Notes: generated by a model not told the origin, from the letters alone. A stretch of DNA of 64,000 nt from an uncultured virus (IMG/VR IMGVR_UViG_3300031335_000002) (IMGVR_UViG_3300031335_000002); one strand, 5' to 3'. Counted from the stretch's first letter, positions 28,591-39,050 are shown. Made by a program: numbers and translations.

Positions 28591-28854
28591 TCAGTCATCT
28601 GCCCGCCTTAACGTTTCAATTTCAGCAAGCAAGGCTTTCGCGTCGGACACGTCATTCAGAAACGACCGCTCGCAGTGGTCGGGGTTGCGCTGCCAGAAGA
28701 ATATGGCGTCAATAAACCGCTCACCCCGGCGGCCCTGCCGGTGCATCCGGGCGCTAACGCTTTCGTTCGGCCCCGTCTCTGTCAAGTCAACCGCCGTCAT
28801 AACGTTGCCAAGCTGCGACAGGGCCGAACCGATCATGGATATGCGCTGCATCAT
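28591..28854 (-). CDS. hypothetical phage protein
   Basis: SQLGNV...PNESVSAR...FIDAIFFW...HCERSF, a conserved-looking small phage protein. Confidence 0.75.
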   Translation of the reverse strand: MMQRISMIGSALSQLGNVMTAVDLTETGPNESVSARMHRQGRRGERFIDAIFFWQRNPDHCERSFLNDVSDAKALLAEIETLRRADD

Positions 28855-29255
28855 GGCCAGTACTTATCATTGGTGAAGTCTGCCGGAATCGGGTCCATGG
28901 CCTTGATTGCGTGGGCCGCAAAGATGTGCGCGCTCTCGTTCGCTGCCGCCGCATTGCCAAAGGCAAAGCACGTCTGAGCGTCCATCGTGGTCAAGCTGTT
29001 GTCGGCGGCAATCCACGTGAAGTCTGCATTGCCTCTATGCCACCGCAGGTCGCCGACCTCTGCTCCACCACCTATGGCAAATCCGGCAAGGGTTGCCGCG
29101 CCCGTGATCCGCGCGAGGCTTGCAGTGTCGCAGTCATACCGTTTGCCAGCAAAGGCAAAAGTTGCGGTCATACGGCGGTCGCGTTCTGCGTTTACTGCGG
29201 CGCGGGCTTCGGCAAGCAGGGTGGCTGGGTCTGGTCTGCCAATCTTGATAATCAT
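28851..29255 (-). CDS. DUF4376-like tail fibre-associated protein
   Basis: ERDRR...YDCD...WIAADNSLTTMDA. Confidence 0.75.
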   Translation of the reverse strand: MIIKIGRPDPATLLAEARAAVNAERDRRMTATFAFAGKRYDCDTASLARITGAATLAGFAIGGGAEVGDLRWHRGNADFTWIAADNSLTTMDAQTCFAFGNAAAANESAHIFAAHAIKAMDPIPADFTNDKYWP

Positions 29256-29470
29256 GCGCCCACTCCATCAGTCAAATCGGCTTCATCAACAGTCCATTCG
29301 TTACGCCATTGGCGGTCTGTTGGAATGTCAGCCACGTCTACAATCTTGTACGCCTTTCCAGTCGGCACGTCTTTTGCGGCGATTTCCTCAATTGTCAGCC
29401 CGCAATCGGCAGGGATGATAACCGCCACGTTGCCTTCGTCGTTTTGGTAGATAATGCGTTTGTTTTGCAT
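29252..29470 (-). CDS. tail fibre-associated small protein
   Basis: IAAKDVPTGKAYKIVD...PTDRQWRNEW; follows tail fibre gene. Confidence 0.7.
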   Translation of the reverse strand: MQNKRIIYQNDEGNVAVIIPADCGLTIEEIAAKDVPTGKAYKIVDVADIPTDRQWRNEWTVDEADLTDGVGA

Positions 29471-29481
29471 TGGGTCGCTCC

Positions 29482-30933
29482 TTACCTGAAAAACATAACT
29501 TCTACTGACGGGAAGTCTTCTACGTTAGCACCTGCATTGACTGTCTTAATGCGACAAGCAGTAGTTGTTTTTGTTCCACCGTTCGTCCGACCAATTAACA
29601 CGTCTTTAACTCCACCCGTATCCTCGCCAGAACCGGACATAGCGTAATTCGCATCCTGCATTGCTGTCGTAAAGTTTACAGTGTAATCACCCACGCCATT
29701 ATCAGTAACGCTCGATACATTCCCGCCGCCGCGGATTGCCACTGTTCCGGTGCCGTTGAAATTTACCCACGCGCGGCAGGCATGCATCGGGGCTGTGCCG
29801 CCAGGATCAAGCGTTGCGCCTTTTACGCTTAAACTTTTGGTAATTTGGACATCACCGCCTGACGTTATTCTCATACGTTCCGTCGGGAATTCTTCGATAT
29901 CTGGTCTTGTTCCAAATGTTAAAGCCTGTTGATAACCCGATACGGATTCTTGGTCCCAGCCTATGTAGCATCCCGTTTCTTCAAATGAATTAGAAATTCC
30001 GAAACCAATATATCCTTTGCCAAGAGTGTCACCACTGCTACCAGCACTGTTGATAAACTGAGCAACCATTGAATTGTTTACTTCTTCCACAACACGAAGT
30101 TTTTCAGGACTATTTGCAGAAGCCAGCCCTAAGTTAGCGCGCGCTGTCGTCGCGCTTCCCAGATCGCTTAAATTGTTGGATCGGTGGGCGTAGCGGTTGT
30201 CTGGCTGAACAGATGCCGTCCCAAGCGCCGTTCCCTGCCGGTAAGGTGTCCAGCCGCTTCCATCCTTTTTGGCGACGATAACCCATGCGCTATTTGCCTC
30301 ATTGCGCACTTTCATGAGGTCGTTATTCGTATCGAACCAGAGCATGTGCGCAAATGTCGGGTTCGGCTCTGATGATCCGGCATTGTTCGTCGCAATCGCG
30401 CTCAGAGCGGTGTTTGTTGTGAAGCCGGAGTCGTTGGTCAGAAGCGAGATGTTCGATCCAGACACTAGCTTGCCGTCGAGCGCACCCTGCAGCCCCGTGA
30501 CGGTCGAGATGGCCTGCGTGTGTGCTGCTGGGGCATAGTCGCTGCTGTCAAAAGACTTAACCTGAGCTAAGTTAGTTACCTCACTGTCCATAAGAGCACC
30601 AGCGGATGTCACATTAGCTGTGTCTGTAACGTCTGCGGAAGCCTCGATGTTGTCCAACTTAGTCTTGTCACCATCTACAAAAGCACCCTCAGTAGGTGGC
30701 TGTTGCGCTGTATCTGCAAGACTTCCTTGCGCTGCAGTGGCGAAGTCTTCTGTGCTAGCCGTTGCTGCAGAACCCGCGTCTGAAATACTAGAAAGGGGCT
30801 GTGTACCTGTATGTGTTCCCCTATCTCTTAGTTGAGCGTCTGTTGCGTTGGCGGTTGCGTTGGAAGCAACGCCTTGAGTCTTGCTGATCCCGGCGTCGAT
30901 ATCTTCACCGGTATGGATACTGTTATATGGCAT
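29482..30933 (-). CDS. tail fibre protein
   Basis: NNLSDL...ARANLGL, ERMRITSGG, C-terminal CRAWVNFNG...NVSSVTDNGVGDYTVNF. Confidence 0.85.
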   Translation of the reverse strand: MPYNSIHTGEDIDAGISKTQGVASNATANATDAQLRDRGTHTGTQPLSSISDAGSAATASTEDFATAAQGSLADTAQQPPTEGAFVDGDKTKLDNIEASADVTDTANVTSAGALMDSEVTNLAQVKSFDSSDYAPAAHTQAISTVTGLQGALDGKLVSGSNISLLTNDSGFTTNTALSAIATNNAGSSEPNPTFAHMLWFDTNNDLMKVRNEANSAWVIVAKKDGSGWTPYRQGTALGTASVQPDNRYAHRSNNLSDLGSATTARANLGLASANSPEKLRVVEEVNNSMVAQFINSAGSSGDTLGKGYIGFGISNSFEETGCYIGWDQESVSGYQQALTFGTRPDIEEFPTERMRITSGGDVQITKSLSVKGATLDPGGTAPMHACRAWVNFNGTGTVAIRGGGNVSSVTDNGVGDYTVNFTTAMQDANYAMSGSGEDTGGVKDVLIGRTNGGTKTTTACRIKTVNAGANVEDFPSVEVMFFR

Positions 30934-30944
30934 TGTTGTGGCTC

Positions 30945-31460
30945 CTACTCTGCAGCGGTAATAAATTCTTCTCCGCCTGATGTGATCAGTTGATCCTCAT
31001 ACGTTGGCGGAGAGGGTATGTACCCGTAAATAATTTCCGGCTCTGCCCGCGCGACAGTCATCTGAACCCCACTCTTGCCGCTGAGCTGTTGAACGGGAGG
31101 TTCAGCGTCAAAGTCTCCGGTGTTGAAATCCCCGACACGAATGTGAGTGACCGGAAAGCCCACGCTGAAGCCGTTAGGGGTCGGTCCGGAGGTCCGAACG
31201 ATTTGCACTCGAAATGTCGCTGTGCTCGGCCCGAGATCGCTCGTGCCTTCAAAGATCACCCGCACCTTACCGGCGACTCGATCTGTATATGAAATGATCT
31301 CTTTGCCGAGAATCTGCGCACTTGGGTCATAGATCCTGACCTCCCATTCTGTGAGATCGAAAGGAGCCCCTAAAGCATCTACGGTCTCCGGTGGTCCAAA
31401 GAAATTAAGGTCGACGGCCACGTCACCGCCAGCGTTGTGTATAAGCGTAGTCATCGGCAA
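30945..31460 (-). CDS. virion accessory protein (BppU-like, putative)
   Basis: 171 aa; PFDLTEWEVRI...GKVRVIF; lies within the fibre module. Confidence 0.55.
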   Translation of the reverse strand: MPMTTLIHNAGGDVAVDLNFFGPPETVDALGAPFDLTEWEVRIYDPSAQILGKEIISYTDRVAGKVRVIFEGTSDLGPSTATFRVQIVRTSGPTPNGFSVGFPVTHIRVGDFNTGDFDAEPPVQQLSGKSGVQMTVARAEPEIIYGYIPSPPTYEDQLITSGGEEFITAAE

Positions 31461-31784
31461 TCCCCCTTCATTCTGTCGTCCGTATTAGCCATTATTTTAC
31501 TCCTTTCATACAGGCCTCCACGGCAGAAGTGCAGGCCTCCAGACCAGCAGTTCAGATCCTTTTCTTGGTTATCATAAGGGTTAGCCATTTATATTCCTCA
31601 AATTTTCTAGGTGGGTTAGTCTTTAGTTAATAACCATTAGATAGGCAACTAAAGTGCCAGCACCGCCGCAGGCGTTCAGCCAGTTCAAACTGCCGTAGGT
31701 TAGGGCCTCGGCAGGACCAGACCCAAGGGCCATTGCAAAGTGGTTGCCGTCGGCGCGCAGGGCGTCTGGGCAAGGGATTGTTAG

Positions 31785-32192
31785 TCATACATACGCCCCC
31801 ACATCCACCTCAACCTCAACCTCAACCTCAACCTGCGTCAGCCCCATTGCGGCCAACGTTGCCAACGCATCGTCTCCGGCACAGGCGGTCAGTTTGTCAG
31901 GCGCTACCTCAACAGCCTCTAGCGAGAACACCAGCGCCGCTTGTGCGAGCCGTGCCGCATCCATGTCTATAATGTTGTCAGTGTCCCATGAGGGGCGCTG
32001 TAGGCCGCTCTGTGCTGTTGTGGTGAATGCGTCAGACACGATCAAGCTTGCGCAGGCGTAAAGGTTGCCCCCCGCGTCCTGCCAGTTCAGCGCCACGTAG
32101 GTTTCTGCATCAGACGGACCGTAGCCCAGCACCATGGCTAGTTGGTTTGCATCATCCCGCAGCGCCTCGGGGCAAGCGATTGTTAGTCTCAT
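31785..32192 (-). CDS. hypothetical protein
   Basis: ATG 32192 coupled to the upstream stop (TGATG); (VE)n tail encoded by a hexamer repeat. Confidence 0.7.
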   Translation of the reverse strand: MRLTIACPEALRDDANQLAMVLGYGPSDAETYVALNWQDAGGNLYACASLIVSDAFTTTAQSGLQRPSWDTDNIIDMDAARLAQAALVFSLEAVEVAPDKLTACAGDDALATLAAMGLTQVEVEVEVEVDVGAYV

Positions 32193-34432
32193 CAGTAGCC
32201 TCCTGTTACTGCTACGGTCCATCCGCGTGACCGTAGCGTGTCGATTGCTGCCTCACCAGCAGCGGACGGTGCCGATCCGCCCGACTGATCGAACACACGT
32301 GTTCCTGCCGCAATACCGGATGCAACAAGCGACACTAGGATGTTGTCGATGCTGGTTTGCGTCAGTGCGGTGTTGTTAAATGCGCTGGAAAAGTCCCCGC
32401 CTTTTATATTGTCGAAGGCATTAGCTGGGAAGCTGGTCAGGCTGGTGCAGTCGCGCCACGCTAACGCAAAGCTAGTCCCCGAAGACGTGTCGATTAGGGG
32501 GAAACTGGTGAGGCTTGAGCAACGCAACCACGCTATCGCAAAGATATTCCCCGAAGACGTGTCAATAAGAGGGAAACTGGTGAGGCTGGTGCAGTCCTGC
32601 CACGCTCGCCCAAAGCCAGTCCCAGAAGATGTGTCGATGAGCGGGAAACTCGTTAGGCTGGAGCAGTCGCGCCACGCTCCCCGAAAGTTAGTCCCCGAAG
32701 ATGTGTCGATGAGCGGGAAACTGGTGAGGCTGGTGCAGTCCTGCCAAGCAAAAGAGAAATTAGTCCCTGCTGACGTGTCGATCAGAGGGAAGCTGGTGAT
32801 TTCCGACCAATCTCTCCAGTAAGACTCAAAGTCGGTCACAGCCCCATAGCTGGCCGTTGCACCTTCCCCTACAAAGTAAGCCTCCGTCGCAGCAGCATCC
32901 CCCGCACTCAAAGCCCCGTTGCGGATTAACTGCCCCACGAGTGCGGTGCCGGGGAAATACTGCCCGTCCCTGCCGCCAATCTCATACGGACCAGCAGGAA
33001 TGTTCACGCCGTAGCTTGCTGTGCCTTGGTCCGTGCCGAGAACCATTGTGCCAGTAAACCCGCCCGTTGGTACTGTCACGGACAGGCGGTCATCCACCTT
33101 GTCCAGCGTGGCGCGGGCGGGACCAGTCTGGTATGTCGGACGCGCCGCAGCCGTGGCCTGCGTGGCGTGGTTGCCGTTGCCTGATTTGTCCAGCATCAGC
33201 CCAACAGGTTGTCCCGCCGTTGTGACGGGCGTGGTGCCTGCGCTATCTTGGAACAGCGTGGACAGGTCGGATGGACCGTACCATGCACCTGCCTCGCTTC
33301 CCGTGAACACGTCAGCAGGGGTGAACACGCCGTCCTGCACCGTCACGCTCACGCTGTCCTGCGCGTCGGGTGACACGCCGTTGCTTGCTGTCTCCGAGTA
33401 CTCCAGAACTTCACCGACAGACGCTTCCTCCGGTATAGTATAGTCGAGACCAGAAAGGTTCGCCGTAACGTCAACGCCATCAAGCGTAAGCGTAGGTGTC
33501 AAAGTAGGTGCAGGCGACCCGGAGTAGATGCCTTCAACGATTGTCACTGTGCTACCCTGTGCCGGATCGCCGGTGATCTGCGGGGCGGAGGTGATCGTCG
33601 GCGCGAATGCCTTGAGACCTGCCTGTCCCCAGTTTAAGAGGTCTGTAAATTCAGACGCTGTCAGACCGCGACTGATCTCCATTCCTCGCGCTATTTCTAC
33701 CTTGGCAAAAGTATCTTCGCTAAACACACCTTTGTTGCCAAACAATTGGCTAACTCCTGTTTGCCAGTCCGGATAGAAACTGACACCTGTTTCCGAGGCA
33801 ACCAGAGTTCCGTCGATCCAGAGTTTAAGAGTGCCGCTCGGTATGTCGCCCTCTACGATGATCACCATGTCAAGCGGCGGATCATATGTCGGACTGGGTG
33901 CATCGAGAACATCTGTCCCGTTGTTGTCAATCTGGAACCGGACAGGGAGACTCGAATTGCGCGGCGCATAGATAATCCTTAGTCCGTCATTAATATCATG
34001 GGCAGCCCAGACAGGGTTGGAGTTTCCGTTTGTGTCCAGCGACCTGATTGCAAAACATGCGGTGAAAACATCCTTGCCTGTGAAGTCTCGGGTCACGCTC
34101 GTCAGTTTATCACTGATACCGTCCGAAAGTATCGTTCGACGGTTACCCACAATCTGCAGCCTCGGACGGTCGGCGAGTACCTCCGTGCTGTGATCCACCC
34201 CGTTCGTGCTTCCGCTGTTATCTTTCCAAAGAGCCACGGGATCGTCATGGGCCGTCGCCGGAATTGTCCCGGCATCATCTTGCCAAAGACTCGACGTAGC
34301 GTAGGCATCCACGACAAAGCCCTGATCGTTTGATGTATAGAGGGTCTGCGGGAACACAAGCACGCCGGATCGACCACTTCGGCTATAGAAAACGGGAGTA
34401 GAAGTCATGTTAAGTGCTGTCGTTAGTCTCAT
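32192..34432 (-). CDS. putative receptor-binding / virion surface protein with two lectin-like modules and BspA/DUF285-like LRR repeats
   Basis: Duplicated module LWQDDAGTIP...WKDNSG / LFQDSAGTTP...LDKSGNGNHATQ; 22-aa repeats W.DCTSLTSFPLIDTSSGT.F. Confidence 0.75.
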   Translation of the reverse strand: MRLTTALNMTSTPVFYSRSGRSGVLVFPQTLYTSNDQGFVVDAYATSSLWQDDAGTIPATAHDDPVALWKDNSGSTNGVDHSTEVLADRPRLQIVGNRRTILSDGISDKLTSVTRDFTGKDVFTACFAIRSLDTNGNSNPVWAAHDINDGLRIIYAPRNSSLPVRFQIDNNGTDVLDAPSPTYDPPLDMVIIVEGDIPSGTLKLWIDGTLVASETGVSFYPDWQTGVSQLFGNKGVFSEDTFAKVEIARGMEISRGLTASEFTDLLNWGQAGLKAFAPTITSAPQITGDPAQGSTVTIVEGIYSGSPAPTLTPTLTLDGVDVTANLSGLDYTIPEEASVGEVLEYSETASNGVSPDAQDSVSVTVQDGVFTPADVFTGSEAGAWYGPSDLSTLFQDSAGTTPVTTAGQPVGLMLDKSGNGNHATQATAAARPTYQTGPARATLDKVDDRLSVTVPTGGFTGTMVLGTDQGTASYGVNIPAGPYEIGGRDGQYFPGTALVGQLIRNGALSAGDAAATEAYFVGEGATASYGAVTDFESYWRDWSEITSFPLIDTSAGTNFSFAWQDCTSLTSFPLIDTSSGTNFRGAWRDCSSLTSFPLIDTSSGTGFGRAWQDCTSLTSFPLIDTSSGNIFAIAWLRCSSLTSFPLIDTSSGTSFALAWRDCTSLTSFPANAFDNIKGGDFSSAFNNTALTQTSIDNILVSLVASGIAAGTRVFDQSGGSAPSAAGEAAIDTLRSRGWTVAVTGGY
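32400..32840 (-). repeat. 66-bp coding tandem repeats (LRR-like)
   Basis: About 6 copies of a 22-aa unit. Confidence 0.85.
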
Positions 34433-34453
34433 TTCTCGACCTTTCTATTAATA

Positions 34454-34693
34454 TTAAGTTAATAGAGCGAAGATACCAACAGCTGATGTATTTGCCGCAT
34501 TAAACCTTGAGACATTTGCTGTAATAAGAGTACCGCTACCTACTTCTGCTTCAATGGTCTCTCCGGCACTGTCGAAAGAAACTACTCCACCTACATTTAC
34601 AAAGAAGCCTACACAGACATCCTCTGGAACGTAATCACCATCACCTGTAGCTCTCCACTTGGGGGCTAAGCCTGATACTTTTGTTGCTTGCAT
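34454..34693 (-). CDS. hypothetical virion-associated protein
   Basis: 79 aa with AAGGA RBS. Confidence 0.65.
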   Translation of the reverse strand: MQATKVSGLAPKWRATGDGDYVPEDVCVGFFVNVGGVVSFDSAGETIEAEVGSGTLITANVSRFNAANTSAVGIFALLT

Positions 34694-34744
34694 TTTTATT
34701 AATTCCTTTTCTTTTTGTTTGGTGGCACTAAACAGTATCAGAAC

Positions 34745-36082
34745 CTAGAAAGTAGAAGTCTTAACAACGCCTACACTACCGCTACGAATAGGGTAGTTAT
34801 ACTCTGTATAGTACCTAATAGCATCAGACCAGTGTTCGACCCCCTCGGTCTTATTGATTTGTGCTGTATCTGGGTTATTCTCTAGCCAAGACGTGCGCTC
34901 CATAGAACGAACAGTGTTAAGCATACGAGGGTGAAAGTACATATTAACATTCCCGTTAGCGTTCTTAAGCTGAGCGTTAACTGCGTTAGTACTATCTATG
35001 ATAGCTGGAGATGCCTCTCTAACCCTTACGGTTAGACCAGCCTTACGAAGAATACTGAAGTCGGTCTCCCCAGAGGCAGAGGTCTTACGACTCTTACCTG
35101 TAGGGTCCGGGTAGACGATTACCTTATGCCCATTCTTTACGTATTTACTTACGAGGGACTTAGCGACCGAATCAGTATCAGGATGGCCACTAAGTTCGTG
35201 CAGCCAATGCGTCTGATTACCACGGCGAGCGCCGATAGCTGAAGCCATAATACCGATGTTGAAGTCCATTGCAACATGAACATCTTCTCCTTTCTGGATG
35301 TCAGGTAGAGCAGAGTCTACGTGATCATTACGATTAAACATATAAAACAGATTGTTACCAGAGTCTTTAAATGATGCTTCATACTCTCTTGCAAACTTAA
35401 GAGGGTCTAGAGTCATCTTAGCTCGTTGAATCTCATCAGGATCTAGGTAGGGTGATTGTCTATAGTTAAAGTGGTAAGAACCCCAAGCGTTGTCATTCTC
35501 TTTCCTATTGAACATCTCATAGAAATAGTCATGACCCCTTGGTGTACTAATGACAATAGCACGACCGGGAAAAGGACTATTCCACTTCTTTTGCATCATA
35601 GGGGACCAACGAGTAGTAACACAAGGCTCGATTACCGACTCCCAGCTTTCCTTTAGGTTAGTACCTGCACCCTTCCAAGAACAGACCTCATCAAGAATAA
35701 CAAGGTATTGTCCTGTACCACGCATACGCTCTGAAGCCTCGTAAGACCAGAGCTTAAGCATAACGTTGTTAGGGAGCCAAAACTGACCAGCAGATCTACT
35801 ATGTTTAACAGCAAAGTCCTCTAGACCGAGCTGCCAAGCAAGCAGCGGATAGTAAATATCCACCACCTGCTGATAGGTAGGAGCAATAATAGCAACGTTC
35901 TTGTTAGGAACATCGGCTGGCATGTTAACTAGTTCTTGAACTGCCTGTAGCGCCGTAGTGCCAGCGAAATAAGACTTACCCCAACCTCGGGCAGCGCAAA
36001 CCACACCATAACGGTATTTTCCATCAACCATAACATCTTTAAACACTCTACTTTGACCGGGGTGTAGTTTAATACTTGGCAT
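34745..36082 (-). CDS. terL: terminase large subunit
   Basis: Walker A ARGWGKS, Walker B VILDE, ISTPRG, nuclease AMDFN, YPDPTG, EHWSDAIRY. Confidence 0.95.
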   Translation of the reverse strand: MPSIKLHPGQSRVFKDVMVDGKYRYGVVCAARGWGKSYFAGTTALQAVQELVNMPADVPNKNVAIIAPTYQQVVDIYYPLLAWQLGLEDFAVKHSRSAGQFWLPNNVMLKLWSYEASERMRGTGQYLVILDEVCSWKGAGTNLKESWESVIEPCVTTRWSPMMQKKWNSPFPGRAIVISTPRGHDYFYEMFNRKENDNAWGSYHFNYRQSPYLDPDEIQRAKMTLDPLKFAREYEASFKDSGNNLFYMFNRNDHVDSALPDIQKGEDVHVAMDFNIGIMASAIGARRGNQTHWLHELSGHPDTDSVAKSLVSKYVKNGHKVIVYPDPTGKSRKTSASGETDFSILRKAGLTVRVREASPAIIDSTNAVNAQLKNANGNVNMYFHPRMLNTVRSMERTSWLENNPDTAQINKTEGVEHWSDAIRYYTEYNYPIRSGSVGVVKTSTF

Positions 36083-36088
36083 GCTCTA

Positions 36089-36475
36089 TTATCCTACAAC
36101 CGGTTCTGAAGACCAGTAGTCCCAAAGACTGTCTTGTCTATTGTCTGTCTCTACGAACTCGTTTTTGTGTACTCTTTGTTTCCCTACTTTTTTAAACTCA
36201 CTATACACTTTAGGTCTCCTATACTCGTATTCATGAACAGAGGTTTCAGAATCAGAAGTAGCCATAGCGCTGTAATGAGATAAGAGCTTATTATGATGGT
36301 TCTTTTCTACAGTAATAACAACAGGACTCTCTAATGCCTCTTTCCAAGGGAAGAACTCAAAGAACACAGACCCACCAATAGAGCCTGTTGGGTCCCTACG
36401 CATAATCAATTCGGCTATAAGATCGATGGTTTTCACACTTTTAAGCTCCATAATAGTCCCTTTCGTTGTTTTCAT
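36089..36475 (-). CDS. hypothetical protein
   Basis: 128 aa ORF in operon. Confidence 0.65.
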   Translation of the reverse strand: MKTTKGTIMELKSVKTIDLIAELIMRRDPTGSIGGSVFFEFFPWKEALESPVVITVEKNHHNKLLSHYSAMATSDSETSVHEYEYRRPKVYSEFKKVGKQRVHKNEFVETDNRQDSLWDYWSSEPVVG

Positions 36476-36671
36476 ACACTACATCGTACTCAAGGTTTAT
36501 TCCATACGCCCTAACTTCCCAACTACGACCATGTGCTTTTCTACTTTTACGGGTCATGGAAATAGCTTTTTTAGCTGCTGCTTGACTCTCATAGATACCG
36601 AGTTGTTTAACTGTATTATAGTCATCAGCGGGTGATCGATAGAACACTCTGTATATAGTTTCAAAACTCAT
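36441..36671 (-). CDS. hypothetical protein
   Basis: 76 aa ORF in operon. Confidence 0.6.
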   Translation of the reverse strand: MSFETIYRVFYRSPADDYNTVKQLGIYESQAAAKKAISMTRKSRKAHGRSWEVRAYGINLEYDVVYENNERDYYGA

Positions 36672-36802
36672 CTAATACTTTCCTTCCTGTATCTGTTAGA
36701 GAAGCAAAACCTACATGAAGGTGCCATCTAACTAGGTCTTCTCGCATAAGCTGACAGAACTCCCATGAACTATAGAACCTCTTATGGACCTTAGGTTCAG
36801 AA

Positions 36803-37564
36803 TCAGAACTCGTAGCTAGCGTTAATAGTCGTTTCTTTCTTAGAGGTCTCATCCTCAGAGAATCTTCCATCTGAATCTGAATCTGAATCTGAATCCGAGT
36901 CATTGTTGTCTTTTTCACCGAGATCAAGTTTAATAATAGTTGGAGCCTTTTCATTGATGTCCAACTCTTGCTTATCAGGTACCATACGATAACCATACCG
37001 CTGGAGATCCTTAATGATGGTCTGTTTGATCTGTAGCATACCGTTATACTGGTGTGATCCACGAGGAACTGTATACTCATACCTATCAGGGTCATCTGTA
37101 GGAGCGTTACGAGCTTTATCAGTCTTCTTAACTCTCACAGCAGAAAGATCTCTGTTAATCTGCTTATAGAGTTTGATCATCTCAACCATAGGATCGAAGT
37201 TAAGCTCTTCTAGCTTACCAGCAGCATTAGAGGGATCGATCTTCACATTCTTAGAGCCTTTAGGTCTACCGCCTTTATTGAATCTACGATTGTTTTCAAA
37301 GTCCCAATCACCGTTATCTACGGCATTGATCTTATCTTCCATAGCTGCACGAGCAGCCTGCTCTGTATTCCATCTAGTTTTGTTTTCAGTACCTTCTTCC
37401 CCACTGAATAAAGGAGGGCTCTCCCTCCCTTCACACCCTACGTGGTTCATCTTGTCTTTTTCTGAAACATGGTTCTTTTTTGGCTTAGGACTCCCCGGCG
37501 GAAGACCATCTTTGCGAGGTCGACCACGAGGACGCTTAGGTTTGTCATCTTTATTATCAGACAT
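36803..37564 (-). CDS. putative terminase small subunit / DNA-binding protein
   Basis: AT-hook-like KRPRGRPRK and GGRPKGSKN; LEELNFDPMVEMI; upstream of terL. Confidence 0.6.
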   Translation of the reverse strand: MSDNKDDKPKRPRGRPRKDGLPPGSPKPKKNHVSEKDKMNHVGCEGRESPPLFSGEEGTENKTRWNTEQAARAAMEDKINAVDNGDWDFENNRRFNKGGRPKGSKNVKIDPSNAAGKLEELNFDPMVEMIKLYKQINRDLSAVRVKKTDKARNAPTDDPDRYEYTVPRGSHQYNGMLQIKQTIIKDLQRYGYRMVPDKQELDINEKAPTIIKLDLGEKDNNDSDSDSDSDSDGRFSEDETSKKETTINASYEF

Positions 37565-37777
37565 GGTCTCTCCTTATCATTTATCTGTATGTTTACTATA
37601 GGAAAATAGGGAATGAAGACAGGGTACTAAATAGCTATTAAGTTTATTAAACAATAAAAAACCCATCTTAAGTTCCCTTAACTACATGATTTCATTAGAT
37701 CTTTTTTAAAGATTCTATTAAAATAAAGACCAGATAAAATTATCAATACCTTCATCGGGAGATTACTAAAAGACCCT

Positions 37778-38301
37778 TTATTCAGGTAAATAAAAAGGAC
37801 CGACCTCTTTAGAGTAATCATCGAGAGATATGCTAAAGAAGGTTGTAGACTTCACAACAAAGTTTCTAATGCGTTCATCATAGCAAAGATGGTCTGTTAC
37901 AGCAGTTAGAGTGCCTTTCTTTAATGAAAAGGTATCCTCTCCACCACTGATGACATATAGCCTAAACTCCTGTGGTCCGGGTGGTCTATTACCCTCGTTT
38001 TCATTGGCTTGCCAATCTAACTCACTAGTCTCTCCTCTAACCGAGTGATAGATCTCTAGAGAAAGAAAAGAACAAGCCCTCTTGATAAAAGACACATCAA
38101 CAATGAAACTCTTTTCTTCCACATGAGGGTTATCTAGCCTTACCTTCGAATAAGGCTCACTTATCCTGTAGGGAAAGTTGTAGTAGTTATAAGAGCTGTA
38201 GAAAGCACTAGTTGCAGCAACACCAAAAATCAAAAATACCAGTCTTATAAACCAAGTTTTCAATGTAGCATTATATTTATATTTATATTCATATTTGGTC
38301 A
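37778..38301 (-). CDS. membrane-anchored hypothetical protein
   Basis: N-terminal TM segment; start likely ATG 38301. Confidence 0.6.
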
Positions 38302-38592
38302 TTGTCCTATAAGTCCTCCTCTGGAGACCCAAGTCCAGACAGAAGCTATAAATGCCCCGCCAAGGATCCAGAAAAATCTGTTCCAACCTGTTCTCATCCT
38401 ATCATCATTCTCTTTAATAGCATGATTAGTCTGTGCTAAGAGTTCTGTAAGAGTTTTGATCTGGGATTTCATAGTTGTTTCAGTTATTTCCATTTCTCTA
38501 ACTTTTAGTTCAGTTAGTTCTATTTTTCTTTTTTGTTCCTCTACTGCTTTACATAAAGCTCTTATTTCATAGCTTTGCTTTTCTTCACTCAT
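38299..38592 (-). CDS. coiled-coil protein with C-terminal TM helix (holin/XhlA-like)
   Basis: 97 aa; FFWILGGAFIASVWTWV. Confidence 0.6.
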   Translation of the reverse strand: MSEEKQSYEIRALCKAVEEQKRKIELTELKVREMEITETTMKSQIKTLTELLAQTNHAIKENDDRMRTGWNRFFWILGGAFIASVWTWVSRGGLIGQ

Positions 38593-38780
38593 CCTAGGAT
38601 CCTCTCTTTAGATCTGAGGTCTAAGGCTCTGTTAAATTATTTATTAACAAATAATCAACAAACAACAGTCCTTTCGATTCAAGGGAAGACCCTTTAGGGT
38701 CTCTTCTTAGCATCTACTGACTCCGATCTCGTCAGTAAGGTTCCTAGTTAGAATCCTTTAGGGTTTCTTTTTACCCTCTT

Positions 38781-38798
38781 CTTTAACGTCACCTATTT
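38781..38798 (-). promoter_or_regulatory. class A phage RNAP promoter
   Basis: AAATAGGTGACGTTAAA|GAAGAG. Confidence 0.8.
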
Positions 38799-39050
38799 TA
38801 TTTCTTTACTTTCAATTGTTTATCTACTATAAAACTGTAAGTTTTGTTAAAAAAGGTAAGATCCTCTTAGGATCCCTAGTTAGGATCCTACCTTAAGTCT
38901 CTGTTAAAGTATTTATTAACAAATAATCAACAAACAACAATGCTTTCGATTCAAGGGAAGACCCTTTAGGGTCTCTTCTTAGCCTCCACTGACTCCGATC
39001 TCGTCAGTAAGGCCCCTAGTTAGGACCCCTATTTAGGGGTTTTCCCCCTT

